The notes under the pieces: generated by a model
The model's input: only the letters and a program-made list of their open reading frames with translations
What the model was told of the DNA's origin: nothing
Databases searched by the model: none
DNA from: Callorhinchus milii
Lineage: Eukaryota
NCBI RefSeq assembly: GCF_018977255.1
Contig: NW_024704743.1
Span: 29,514,001-29,578,000, forward strand
Direction: 5' to 3'
DNA length: 64,000 bases
Part shown: positions 12,606-23,115 of the stretch, piece after piece
Layout of the letters: each line of letters starts with the position of its first letter
Numbering within the stretch: position 1 is the first letter of the stretch
Position numbers and translations under genes: made by a program

Positions 12606-13084
12606 GGCATCTAAAAAGTAAAAAGATTATATAAAATAAAAACTTTAGTTAAGAGAATTAAAAAAAATTGGAATAGTAATATGTGGGTAAATCTCTGAAG
12701 TAATATTGTAAATATAATACTAACATTCACAAGGCAACAGTGAAATTGTAACAAGGACTAATGCCTCCCAACATGAAAGGTGCTATCTAAATGTAAATTG
12801 CATTGTTTTTTTTATTAATTCCAATTGGTTCATATTACTTATGAAATTCAGATATTTTAATAGCTAAAAAAAGTTGTTCAATTTCCAGGAAGTTGTTTTG
12901 GTGAACTGCTGCATATAAATATGCTTCAAAGGATATACAACAATGACAATAACTGCATTTTTATAGTGTCTTTCAGACAACTAGAATCTCAGAGCACTTA
13001 ATAGAGCATGGCTTGACATTGAACTGGAAAGGGAAGAGAGGTGACTGAAGACAGTCGACGAGGAAAATCTTCAGGTGTGATTTG

Positions 13085-13462
13085 AAGATGGGCACAGCAA
13101 TGTCCCACAAACATGAAGTGAATGACCAATTGTATTTGGGGGATTGTTGGCCAGGACACCAGGAGAAACTCTTTTCGAATAGTTTAATGGGATCTTTTAC
13201 GTCTACCTGAACTGGCTGATAGGGCCTTGGATTCAAGTCTCATCCAAAGGACAGCACCTCCTACAACTCTCCCCTACCCGCACCACCAGACTGCATTGGA
13301 GTGCTATCTTACACTATATAAATTTCAACTACCGACATGGGGTTTGAACTGACAACCTTCTGACTCCAGTGTTATAAGATGCTCCTCCGCGTGAATGGCG
13401 CAATATAATTGCAAGTTATTGCTGTTATTGAGGTTGACTCGGAGGCGGGAGTGCTAGGCTGC
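13085..13462 (-). mobile_element. Deu-domain SINE (family A)
   Basis: Reverse complement of the Deu body (aatgtcccacaaac..ttggccaggacaccaggagaaactc..gggatcttttacgtc) and a head 'gggtttgaactgacaaccttctgactc'. Confidence 0.7.
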
Positions 13463-13800
13463 CATACGTGTTCAATTCCAGTAAATACATTTGCAGTTAA
13501 TACTTATTTAATACTATTGGGGCAATCAAATTAATAATAGCTCAGCAGAAGAATTTTTCTTAATTCAAATTTAAATCTTTTTGATTCAAAATGCACTCAA
13601 TATTAAGCCTTCAAAAGCTACAATGCTTTAGGTTCATGAATACCATAATTAAGTCCATTTTGCGTAATTTGACAAAAGATGGAATAGGTCCTTATTCAAT
13701 TGGAAAATCCCAGCACAAGTTTTAGTTGGAGCTTGATTGCATTAAGACGCAGAACACATTTGGAAAATTATCCCCGGATGTCTTCAGCTCACAGGAGGTG

Positions 13801-14228
13801 ACCTCTCTGACCTACTATCCCCCTACCTACCTGCCCGTACCCTCCGTTCCTCCGGCTCCGGTCTGCTCCACGTCCCCCGCCCCAATCGCCCTACCATCGG
13901 TGGACGGGCCTTCAGCCTCTCAGCCCCGAGGCTCTGGAACTCCATCCCCAGTGCCTTCGCCTTGCTTCCTCCCTTTCCTCCTTCAAGGCCGGTCTCAAAA
14001 CCTTTCTCTTTGACCGAGCCTTCAGCTCCCCTGTCGACTCTCTTCCCCCTCCTCGCCCCCTCCCTTCCCTCCCCTCACCCTGACCATTTCCCCCCTCCTC
14101 GCTCCCTCCCTTCCTTCCCCTCACCCTGACCATCTCCCCTCTGCTCGGGTCCTGATCCAACTGTGCAGCGCCTTGGGACGTCCTCCTGACGTGAAAGGCG
14201 CTTTATAAATGGAATCTTGTTGTTGTTG
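13801..14228 (+). mobile_element. L2-clade LINE 3' end
   Basis: Frame resembling 'LSDLL..Y.P.RTLRSS..GLL...GRAFS...P.LWNSIP...FKAGLKTFLF'. 3'UTR gcgccttgggacgtcctcctgacgtgaaaggcgc and a (ttg)n tail. Confidence 0.88.
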
Positions 14229-15309
14229 TGATGCAGAGGTGCCTTCAAGCAGCCTCACCTGTGACCTGAATTGTTAACAAATTAAATTAATAGTGTGGCT
14301 ATAAATACCTAAAGAACACAATGTAGCTGTTTCCTTTCTTCCCCCTCCCCATTAAAAAGGTTGGACAAAACCCCAAGTCATTAATTGATAAAACGTTGAT
14401 AAAGAATATCAAGCTGAGGAAATGGGAGAAACAGGGGGCCTTTTTGTAAGGGGATCTTTTCTTCAGTCGAACCAGCAAAATACCAGCTTTTTGGGAGGGT
14501 TTTAAATTCTCAAAATTGGAAACTGCAACCGGGAAGAAGCAATGAATTCAGTTTGTGAATTTCACACTTTAGACCCCAACTTTTTTCATTTGTTAATAAA
14601 CTGAATCAAACTGTGGTTTTCTGGAAAGCTCTTAACAAATACCCAGTAAATGCATACGATTGTACGACTCAATTGGTTAAAATTTAAGCCTTATAAAGAA
14701 TTACTTTTTCTTTTATATGAAAAATAAAATGATCTCCTTACACTACGTCCAAACATAAATTATGCCTCAAGCATTAGATAGACATAGATAGATTATATTT
14801 TATATATATTATATACATACACACAACGTAGTATACATTTCAAACACAACCTAGCTCCTTTTGGCAGTTCAACAGTAAAACTTTCACAAAGGACAATTCA
14901 CCAGCTGAAACGAAAACGATAACATGAAATGGAATAGTTTATTTTTACACACAGCAACTGAAATAACTTATTACCTACATTTCTGTATTAGATGAACAAC
15001 TTGCAAAAAAACAACCTACTAGGCACAGTACTTTATTAATTCTAGAGTAGCCTTATTTCAAGCGTTTGTTTCAAAACAAACATTAGAAAAATAAAAGCAG
15101 ACATGGAAGGCATTTGTTAGACATGTGCTGTCACTTTGTATGAACACATCTATGCTTCAAAACCTAATGATGGGTGAACAGTCAACATGTCTGCATGATT
15201 ACTCTGGAAGCTGTTGGTTTAAAGGTCACACACATGGCTCTCCACTTTTAGGGCAATTGATTTATATCAAAATAGTTTAAACTTTGTATTTAATACACAT
15301 CCTCGTGAC

Positions 15310-15662
15310 AGCATTGAGTGCTGAAGCATATCGGTTAGAGAACTTGGTTCACAATTGGAGGACCCAAGTACAATTCCTGGGGGGGAGGGCAAACCTTAGG
15401 CAAATTTCCTTAATCCACACGCCGCTGTTTACCTAGCAGTAAGTAGGAACCTGTTAGTTAATTGGCAGATTGCTTTCCATGGTAATAGTCCCTCAAAACA
15501 AAATTGGTCACTCAATCCACTCCAAAATTGGTCAATGTTTGTGGAACACTGTTGTGCCAGAAAATACACAGTCAATCCACTTTACAATATATTCGGTGAA
15601 GCGCTTTGAGGCGTTTCAATGACGTATTAAGGCGCTATATAAAATGCAAGGATTATTATTAT
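15310..15662 (+). mobile_element. tRNA-Ala-headed SINE (family B, long form, diverged)
   Basis: Contains the CORE-like block ccttaggcaaatttccttaatccacacgccgctgtttacctagcagtaagtagg, half-Deu and L2 tail. Confidence 0.8.
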
Positions 15663-16594
15663 CTCAAAGTCCCACTTACTATAAGGTGTTATGGGATGTA
15701 TAATGTCCATCTAAACCACCAGAATGGACAGGCAGGACCTTGGTTTAAAGGCTCATGCAAAGAAAAGCACTTGAACAAAAGTTTCCACTGAGAGATGAGT
15801 TGCCAAAGTGCATAAATTTAAGAAAGTTTAAGGAAAACCTGAGGGAGAGGTTAACAATTTGATTTACTTATAGATGGTGATTGAGACATGGAATGCCCTT
15901 GTGATAAAATATTCATGTTCTTAGTTATTTCCCAACTGATCAAGTACAAAATTCTTGTCCTAACCTTCTCTGCAACCTTCTAAAACCTACAAACTCAGTC
16001 GCCCCATCTGCTTAACAGCCTGCTTCACGTTCCCCCACTGAATGCAGCACACCAGCTGCAGTCGGGGTTTCAGCATATCTGCCCCCACTCTTTGGAACTA
16101 TATAAATGTAAATTTGCATGGTCCGATGGTTTGTATTGTACAGGACATTTAGTACCTTTATGAATCTGCAGTGCCTGGATGAGTGGCAATTATTTGTTTG
16201 AACAATGCCCAATTGTGAGACTGACACATGATCATAGTATACTTTGTCACAGCTAAGACTGAGCAGGAAGTGATTTCATTAACAATAATATAATCCTTTG
16301 ATATCATGCCTTATCACATTGTAGAGATGCCTCAAAAATCTTAACAAGAATTTACTGTGAATTGTGCAGTGACTGTGTATTTGTAGGCAAATAGGTTAAG
16401 ATTCAGAAGGCTCATTTGCGAAGAAAGGGATGACTCAATTTAAACTGCATTAAGAGCTGAAATTCCACCTCATCATAGCCTTTCGAACATTTTGACTTAA
16501 AATGTAAGATTGTGCAGAATATTGGAAAAATGCTAAATTCAGATTTAATTCAGTAATTAGTTTTCTGCAAATCTTTAAATGAACCACATTTTAA

Positions 16595-17038
16595 AAGCAC
16601 GAGCCAGGAGGGCCTGCAGTATTCAAAGGCACTGTTAATAATGGACCAGCCAGCCTGGCTTGGCGGCAAGATTTCAAGAAGCAGACCAGTTCCTGGGGGC
16701 AGGGAGTTTTCCTAATAACTCTGCAAGCCAAAACCCTAACAGGTACGATAGTCTTTGCTGGACAAACAGTGGGAAGCAAGTCAGACTTTGCTTTCAATGG
16801 CAAGTTGTGGTTAAACTCAAACAGAGAAAACAGCAGTATCCCAATGTACATTCTGGGGTCCCCAAGCCTTGGTTCTTGCCAACCTGCATGAAGTAAACAG
16901 GGTGCATCTTTCCAGGGAGAAAGTGCACATTTCATTCCAGACACCGGGAAATGTGGGTGGCATACATATGTGAAACAGTCTGGTTTGGATACTCTTAAGC
17001 ATTGTGATGGGTTTCCACATGTGTCCAACACATGGCTG
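16595..17038 (-). mobile_element. Family C TIR element copy
   Basis: Contains ggggtccccaagccttggttcttgccaacctgca and actcttaagcattgtgatggg; ends gtgtccaacacatggctg. Confidence 0.75.
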
Positions 17039-18329
17039 ACAAAAAACAAGAAAACAAAAAACAGCTTTCAAATTAAGACTAAATTTAATTTCTGCAATTA
17101 TTGCATTGGAGGCGATTCAACTCACAACATGATGAATAGTACAGTTCATTGAATGCATAAATTTGCAAAATTTTAAGACAAAATGGTCTTACAAGAGAGG
17201 CTGGAATTTCAGGTCCCATGTGTGTAAATATATTATAGCTTATTAATTTGACAGAAGGGGTCATAAATCTAGTTAACATGAAAAAGTTATATACCCTCTG
17301 ACTGGTTAGCCTGGTTTTAAATGTAATACTTTGGCAGTCTAATATGATGTCTTTTAGTTTCCATTGTAGAATTTCACCACAGTCATAACCTGCTATTTAT
17401 CGTTGCCAAATTAAAGTGTCAATGGATGAGAAACAGAACCTGCAGCGAGAAAATGAATGTACTTTATGTAAAGGAATGGGCAAATTTCACAGCAAATTAA
17501 CGTTTTACAGGGTAAAATAGCTACACCCAGTTTTTGGTGCCAAAAGTTTCCTTTCTGTTGAAAAATTATTGAATTGGAGGAGATTTAACACACAACTTGA
17601 TGAATAGCGCAGTTCGTTGGATGCATAAATTTGGCAATAAAATGCAAGATACTGATTTCCAAAATTTAAAAGCATTTCTGAATTTAAGTCAATTTCACTC
17701 ACAAATACAGTCACTACACTTAACGTATGGTAAATCCTGTGAAGTGATTTGAGACATCTTGATGATGTGAGGTATAGCAAATGCAAGGTTTTTTTTATTA
17801 TTTATGTAGAAATATTCAGGGTTTTTTTTAAACTGAATAACAATACCAGAGAACCAACCAGAATATGGTTTCTGCAAAACCTTTCACTTCAGGCAGTGCT
17901 CATATTGTACTGTATTGTACTGTACTATATTTACATGTTAGTCGGACAGGACTCACAAGCTTCATTCAAAGGCAGCAGGTCCAATATCCTCATATAATGT
18001 GGGTAATATCCTCATATGATTATTATCATAGTGATCAGAAGAGGCACCAAAAAGCAACTGAGTGGGAGGGTTGATGTCTCGCTATATAAGAGACATTTAA
18101 TTCTACAGGACCATTTTGATGCTGGAAAATAAAAGCACCTGCTAAACCTTAGCATGCAAACTTTGCTTCATAAATATCCAGAGTCTAAGATTCATAGTAA
18201 TTTTTGGAGATTGCATGAGACTTTTTATTCAATGTGTGAGAATGATAATTGTAAAGAAATTCCTGCACAAATCTTCCAAAACAAAAGAGGATGCAAAACA
18301 CCAAGAATAAGACTATAATAGGAAGAGTT

Positions 18330-18620
18330 TTTTTTTAAAAAAAGATTAGGAGAGCCAATAGACAACAAATCTGTGCAAATGCTATTTCAGAGAGCAAATA
18401 GTGAACCTGTGGAACAGGCTCCCTAGGGATACAGTTGAAGCAGGAAGTGTTGATTCTTTCAAACCAGATTAGATAGTTTTCTTTTAGGAAATAACATTAT
18501 GGGGTATATATATGGTACACAGGTAGTTCTGGACACATGTGCATACGACTGCCAGGAAGGTGGAAGGCGAATTAGATGGACCTTGGTCGTTTTTCATCTA
18601 GCGTTTCTTATGTTTTTATG
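18330..18620 (+). mobile_element. CR1 LINE 3' fragment (diverged)
   Basis: 'gtgaacctgtggaacaggctccct..gttgaagcagga..ttagatagttttc' with a ttcttatgtttttatg tail. Confidence 0.7.
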
Positions 18621-19950
18621 TAGAACTGGAAAGGGATTTATCTGCAGATCCAAAACACAATGTGGAATCAGAAGAGGTAGTTAAGATATTAATGTGAAGG
18701 TGTGACAGCAAATTGCACCTGAGCTTATCACTGGCCAATGAAGTTCAACGCAAAATCAATGTACTGCATCTAGAAAGTAAACATAGGAGATATATGTACT
18801 CCGTGGATAGGGCGGAACTTGCCAAAGAGAAAGTTAAGAGACCTTAAGGTATCAGCAGCTCCTCACTAAACTCCAAGCCCCTCCCTACACATCATTCCCT
18901 CACTCCCCACCTTTAAAACACATCTTAAGAAATTTCTTTTCAAGGGTGCTTTTAGCCATCTTTCCTCCAGATCTGCCTTAGCTCCCCCAGCCCCAGTTCA
19001 GGCTCTATGAAACGTTCTGAGACATCCTTCTGCCATGAAGGCTCTAAATAAATATAAAGTTATTGCTGTTGTATTAGTTAACTCATTTCTCATCAGATCC
19101 AAACGATATTAGTTGGCAACAAAAACAATTTGCCCTTCATGTAGAATAACGTCTCAGAGCGCTTAACAAATAGGGGGTCGGACTCCAAGCAAGGGAGGAG
19201 ACGAGAGGGAAGGTGACTGTGAGCACAGTCGGAGAAGTGGGTTTTTGGATAGATATTAGATATTAAGACAGACATATGGACAGGACGGGCCAGACAGACA
19301 GGCAGTGAGACAGAGGAGTAGAGAGAGGAAGTTCCAGAGATTAGGGCCATAGTTGTCAATGACTTGGCTACCGGTGGTGGCCCGGAACTAAACAAAGCAA
19401 ACAGGATGTTGGAATACATTGCCAAATAGTTGGGATTGGATTCTCAGCAGTCGAGAACTCAAGCTATTTAGTGTTCTGCTCAACCCACACTTGGATTACA
19501 AGTTAATGAGCAATTGTATGCAGTTCTGGTCATTGTGCTGGAATGAAGGAAGGTGTTTTTACAGCCCTTTAAATGTAGGTACTCAGGTGTTTTCTTGCCC
19601 CAGTTGAGATACCTTGATTACTGTAGTGTTGACATTTCCAAGTGGCCAAGCAAATGTTGGATATTCTGATGCTTAATAGTAAGAACTTCACCCACATACA
19701 TGTCTCATGCAACACTGATTCATTGATCTGAATGGACAGTAGTTTTATACATTCACATATATTCTGTTCAATGCGAGTCTGTCTTGTCAAATTGTAACAC
19801 GATGAACACTCATTTCAAATGGCTAAAGTTTCAATCCTTTGATGACGTTTATCAAACTTTATCAAAGAAGTAACATATTGCGTGTCTTTTTGCCTTTGTA
19901 TAGTGATTTACATGTAGTGCAAAATTAAATTGCCAACAGGAACTCAACAT

Positions 19951-20460
19951 ACAACAACAACAACTCGTATTTGTATAGCGCCCTTCACGCCAGGTAGCTT
20001 TCCGGAGCGCTTAACAGTGGGAGATTCTGACCCGGAGCCAGGGGAAGAGGAACGGGTAAGCATGATCAAAAAGGAAGGTGCTTAGGCGGGATTTGAAAGT
20101 GGGGAGGGAAGGGACAAGGCGGAGGGATTGGGGGAGAAAGTTCCAGAGCTTCGGGGTGTAGAGACTGAAAGCACGGCTGCTGACAGTGGAGCGGAGAGAG
20201 CAAGGGATGAACAGGAACTGGAGCCGGCCGAACGGAGGCAGTGAGTGGTGGAGTGGGGGATGAGCAAGTCGGAAAGGTATGGAGGTGCGAGGGCATGAAG
20301 GGATTTCAAAACAAGTTTTGTGCGGGTTAGTATCCGGGTGGCAGAGTTCTGAATTAATTGTATTTTATGTATGGTGGGACTGGGGAGGCCAGCGAGGAGG
20401 GCATTTGAAAAGTCCAGCCGGGAAGTGACAAAGGCGTGAACAAGTGTTTTGGCTGCTGTG
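19951..20460 (-). mobile_element. L2-clade LINE 3' fragment
   Basis: ORF 20082-20471 '[48 protein letters not shown]' is the L2 ORF2 C-terminus; (caa)n tail at 19951. Confidence 0.9.
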
Positions 20461-20894
20461 GGTATGAGCATAACCAGTTATACAGCATTAATAGTAAATG
20501 TGTAACTAGCATTTGTCATTTAAATCAAGCAAACAATAAACGATAAATATTCTCTGCAGGATGTGAAAATCCTGATGAGAACCCTAATGATCAATAATAG
20601 CCTCCACTATTGGCTGGCAGACGAGCCTTCTGCCACTCTGCCCCCACCCTCTGTAACTCCATCCTGCAGTCCTCCGCTTCGCCCCCTCCCTTGCCTCCTT
20701 CAAAACCCTCCTCTTCGACTGTGCCTTCGGTCAACAATAAGTGATTACACAACAAATAAGAAAGCCATGACAAATACATACTAAAAAAATGCAAAGAGGA
20801 AGAATCTGAAAAAAAATCAGCAACAACTACTTTCATCTATATAGCCCCCTTCACAGAAAGCAACGTTTCAGATCCATTGACAGGAAGGGTGCCA

Positions 20895-21170
20895 TACACC
20901 AACCTGCACCTAATACTTTCTGGAATTAGATAAGCAGAATGCGTCCCTCCAGGAAGAGAGTGCGCATTCCATTCCAACAACCTATCCCTGGAATTTCCAT
21001 GCGTATGTGGGTTGCACGGAAATCTCAGCTTGGTTTGCATACTCTTAAGCATGGCGATGGGGTGATTATTGAACCCATCACCGCGCTTAAGAATATACAT
21101 ACGAAACCGAGAACTCCATGCATCCCACCTGGAGACCTGGAAATGTGGGCAGGTGTCAAAACACCTGGCT
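20895..21170 (-). mobile_element. Family C TIR element copy (5' part)
   Basis: Shared body ccattccaacaacctatccctggaatttccatg; terminus gtgtcaaaacacctggctg. Confidence 0.75.
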
Positions 21171-21208
21171 GTCCCCCCAAAAAATATCAAATGCAGGGCT
21201 TATTATTA

Positions 21209-22028
21209 TTATTGCCACTCTCACTAGCCCAGTGACGCATGTCACCATTGCATTTTTCCACTGTTGTCACTCTTCCCAGTGGCATTGATCATTATTCCCA
21301 CTCTCTCCTGTCCACTATTGCACTTTCATGTGCCTATTATTACCCTCTGATTTGTTTACTGTTGCAGCTTTCACCTGCCCAGTGAACCAAGGCACTGTTG
21401 CTACTCTCACCTGCCCAGTGCTGCCGGTGACTGTTGCTGCTTTCTCCTGCTGCCCAATTGCTATCCTCAACTGCCCGGGGCTGCTGATGACTATTGCCCC
21501 TGTCCGGTGACTACTGCCGCTCTCACTTGCCCAACAACAGCGACAACAACAAAATGACATTTGTGTTGCGCCTTTCATGTTGGGAGAACAACTCAAGGCG
21601 CTGGGCGGTCAGTTTCGGACCCGAGCTGGCGGTCGGGATCAGGGAGGGGTGGAGGGCGGGGGGGGGGGGGGGGAAAGGAGGTGGACCAAAGGCACGGTCG
21701 AAGAGGAGGGTCTCGAGACGGGTCTTGACGGGGTGCAGGGCAGGGGGCGAGGCTGAGGGACTGCGGCGATGGGAGTCCCAGAGGTTGGGCGCCCAGTGAG
21801 GAGGTCACGATTGCCCTTCCCTGTCTGGTGGCTACTGCTACTCTCACCAGCCCAGTGATGCCAGTCACTGGTGCCCCTGCCTGTCCCTTATCGCCACACT
21901 CCCTGCCTGCCTGCCTGCCTGTTGCTGGGTCTCCCTTGCCCAGTGATGCCAGTCACTATTGCCCCAGCCTGCCAGCCTGGTGACTATTGCCGCTCTCACC
22001 TGGCCAGTGATGCCGGTAACTATTGCCA
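21209..22028 (-). repeat. Degenerate tandem array derived from the GMDS exon-1 3' end and 5' splice site
   Basis: The unit 'actattgccgctctcacctggccagtgatgccggt' (plus strand) recurs at ~21210, 21358, 21394, 21510, 21832, 21921 and 21983. Confidence 0.85.
21534..21790 (-). mobile_element. L2-clade LINE 3' fragment inserted into one array unit
   Basis: (caa)n tail and L2 3'UTR. Flanked by gccca at 21529-21533 and 21791-21795; removing it restores ctctcacttgcccagtga. Confidence 0.82.
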
Positions 22029-22053
22029 CTTTGCGGCTCGCGGTCTCACTCAT
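22000..22053 (-). CDS. GMDS: GDP-mannose 4,6-dehydratase, first coding exon
   Basis: Encodes MSETASRKVAIVTGITGQ, the Rossmann-fold N-terminus (human: RNVALITGITGQ). It ends at a phase-0 CAG|GTGAG donor, the position of vertebrate GMDS intron 1. In-frame TGA 9 codons upstream, purine at -3, CpG-island context. Confidence 0.9.
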
Positions 22054-22330
22054 TGCTGCTGCTGCTGCTCCGGGTTCTCACGCCGGCGCCTCGCTTCCTG
22101 GTTGTGACGTAGACGCGCTCCAGGCCCCGCCCCCTGCGGGCGCGCGCGCACGCACGCGCGCGCGCGCCGCTGGACAGCGCCAAAGAGCGCGCGTGCGCTA
22201 ACCAGCCACCACCACCACTCCCCCCCCCCCAACCCCCAGACCTGACGCCCCGCGCAGTCCAGGCAACGCTCGGCAGCGCCCCGCACAGCGACAGCTGCAG
22301 GCCTGGAGGCGCAGTTGCAGCTATTGCAGT
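22030..22330 (-). promoter_or_regulatory. CpG-island promoter and 5'UTR of GMDS
   Basis: The only strongly CpG-rich stretch in the window. Contains a GC box ccccgccccc (~22124), CRE-like tgacgt (22105), ETS-like cttcct (~22094), NRF1-like gcgcgtgcgc (~22189) and a (GCA)5 run directly before the ATG. Confidence 0.85.
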
Positions 22331-22406
22331 ATCTCTTGGTTGTGTTCGCAGGTGGTGGTGCACTTACCCTTCTTGTTCATGTCTTTTCGACCGCGCCTTT
22401 GGTCTC

Positions 22407-22529
22407 CTTCCCCCCTCCCCCCCCCACCTCCCCTCACCCCTCCCCTCCCCCCCCCTCCCCTCCCCCCTCCTCCCCTCCCATCCCCCCTCCCCTCCCCCCC
22501 CCCCCCCCCTCACCCCTCCCCTCCCCCCC
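22407..22529. repeat. C-rich low-complexity tract (G-rich on the minus strand)
   Basis: About 120 bp of C runs separated by single T or A bases. Confidence 0.95.
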
Positions 22530-22551
22530 GAAAAGACGAAATGTCAGTCAC

Positions 22552-22574
22552 TGTGTGTGTGTGTGTGTGTGTGT
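22552..22574. repeat. (TG)n microsatellite
   Basis: Read directly from the sequence. Confidence 0.97.
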
Positions 22575-22744
22575 CAGTCCTCCCAGCAGGAGACCCTCCC
22601 ACTGAGTCTTCCCACTGAGTCCTTCCCGAAGGGATATGTGTGCAAATATGTGAACCAGGGAAACAAAAACAGAGAGAGCTGGGAAAACGCAGCGGGTCAG
22701 GCAGCATCTTATGTGAACAACCGATACTGACATTACATGAGAAT

Positions 22745-22918
22745 ACATTGGAAAACGCAGCACAGAAACGGGCCGTTCGGCCCAACTGGTCTATGCCGGT
22801 GTTTATGCTCCACATGAGCCTCCCTCCTGCCCTTCCTCAACTGAACCTGTCAGCGTAACCGTCTATTCCTTTCTCCCTCATGTACCTATCTAGCTTTCCC
22901 TTAAGTACATCTATGCTC
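22745..22918 (-). mobile_element. CR1 LINE 3'UTR fragment
   Basis: Nearly identical to 52806-52965 (cagcacagaaacgggccgttcggcccaactggtct..). Confidence 0.85.
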
Positions 22919-22964
22919 TAATTTATTAACAACTTCAATTGCACATTTTCTTAATCTTAAGGGA

Positions 22965-23115
22965 TCTATATATATATATGTATGTATATATATAAGACGA
23001 GATGCCTAAGAAGCGAAGATCAAGCCTTTCAAGGACAAATAAAAATGCCAGGCGAAAAAGAGAAGGACGATTGAATGAAACTGATTGTAAGCGTAGCTGC
23101 AAAGGGGCAGCTACT
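22965..23115 (+). mobile_element. Putative tiny Helitron remnant
   Basis: A|TCTATATATATA 5' terminus, then ATG at 23002 giving MPKKRRSSLSRTNKNARRKREGRLNETD, which resembles animal Helitron RepHel N-termini. Short agctgc..gcagct palindrome near 23093-23112. Confidence 0.5.

Larger units (their letters stand above)
1..21999 (-). other. GMDS: GMDS intron 1 (partial; continues past the window start)
   Basis: Starts with GTGAG directly after the ITGQ codons. No DGSYLAEFLL-type exon 2 was recognised by eye in 1-21999. Vertebrate GMDS has very long introns. Confidence 0.7.

Noticed and set aside
6043..17343. Shared 14-mer tttggcagtctaat at 6043 and 17330
   Set aside because: Several random 14-mer pairs are expected in 64 kb (about 2e9 pairs / 4^14, roughly 8), so this is not significant alone.
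21865..21999. ORF-track extension of GMDS to 62 aa
   Set aside because: Similarity to GMDS stops at the CAG|GTGAG donor; the rest is intron read-through.
22315..22618. Proline-rich ORFs
   Set aside because: These are translations of the C-rich tract and the (TG)n microsatellite.
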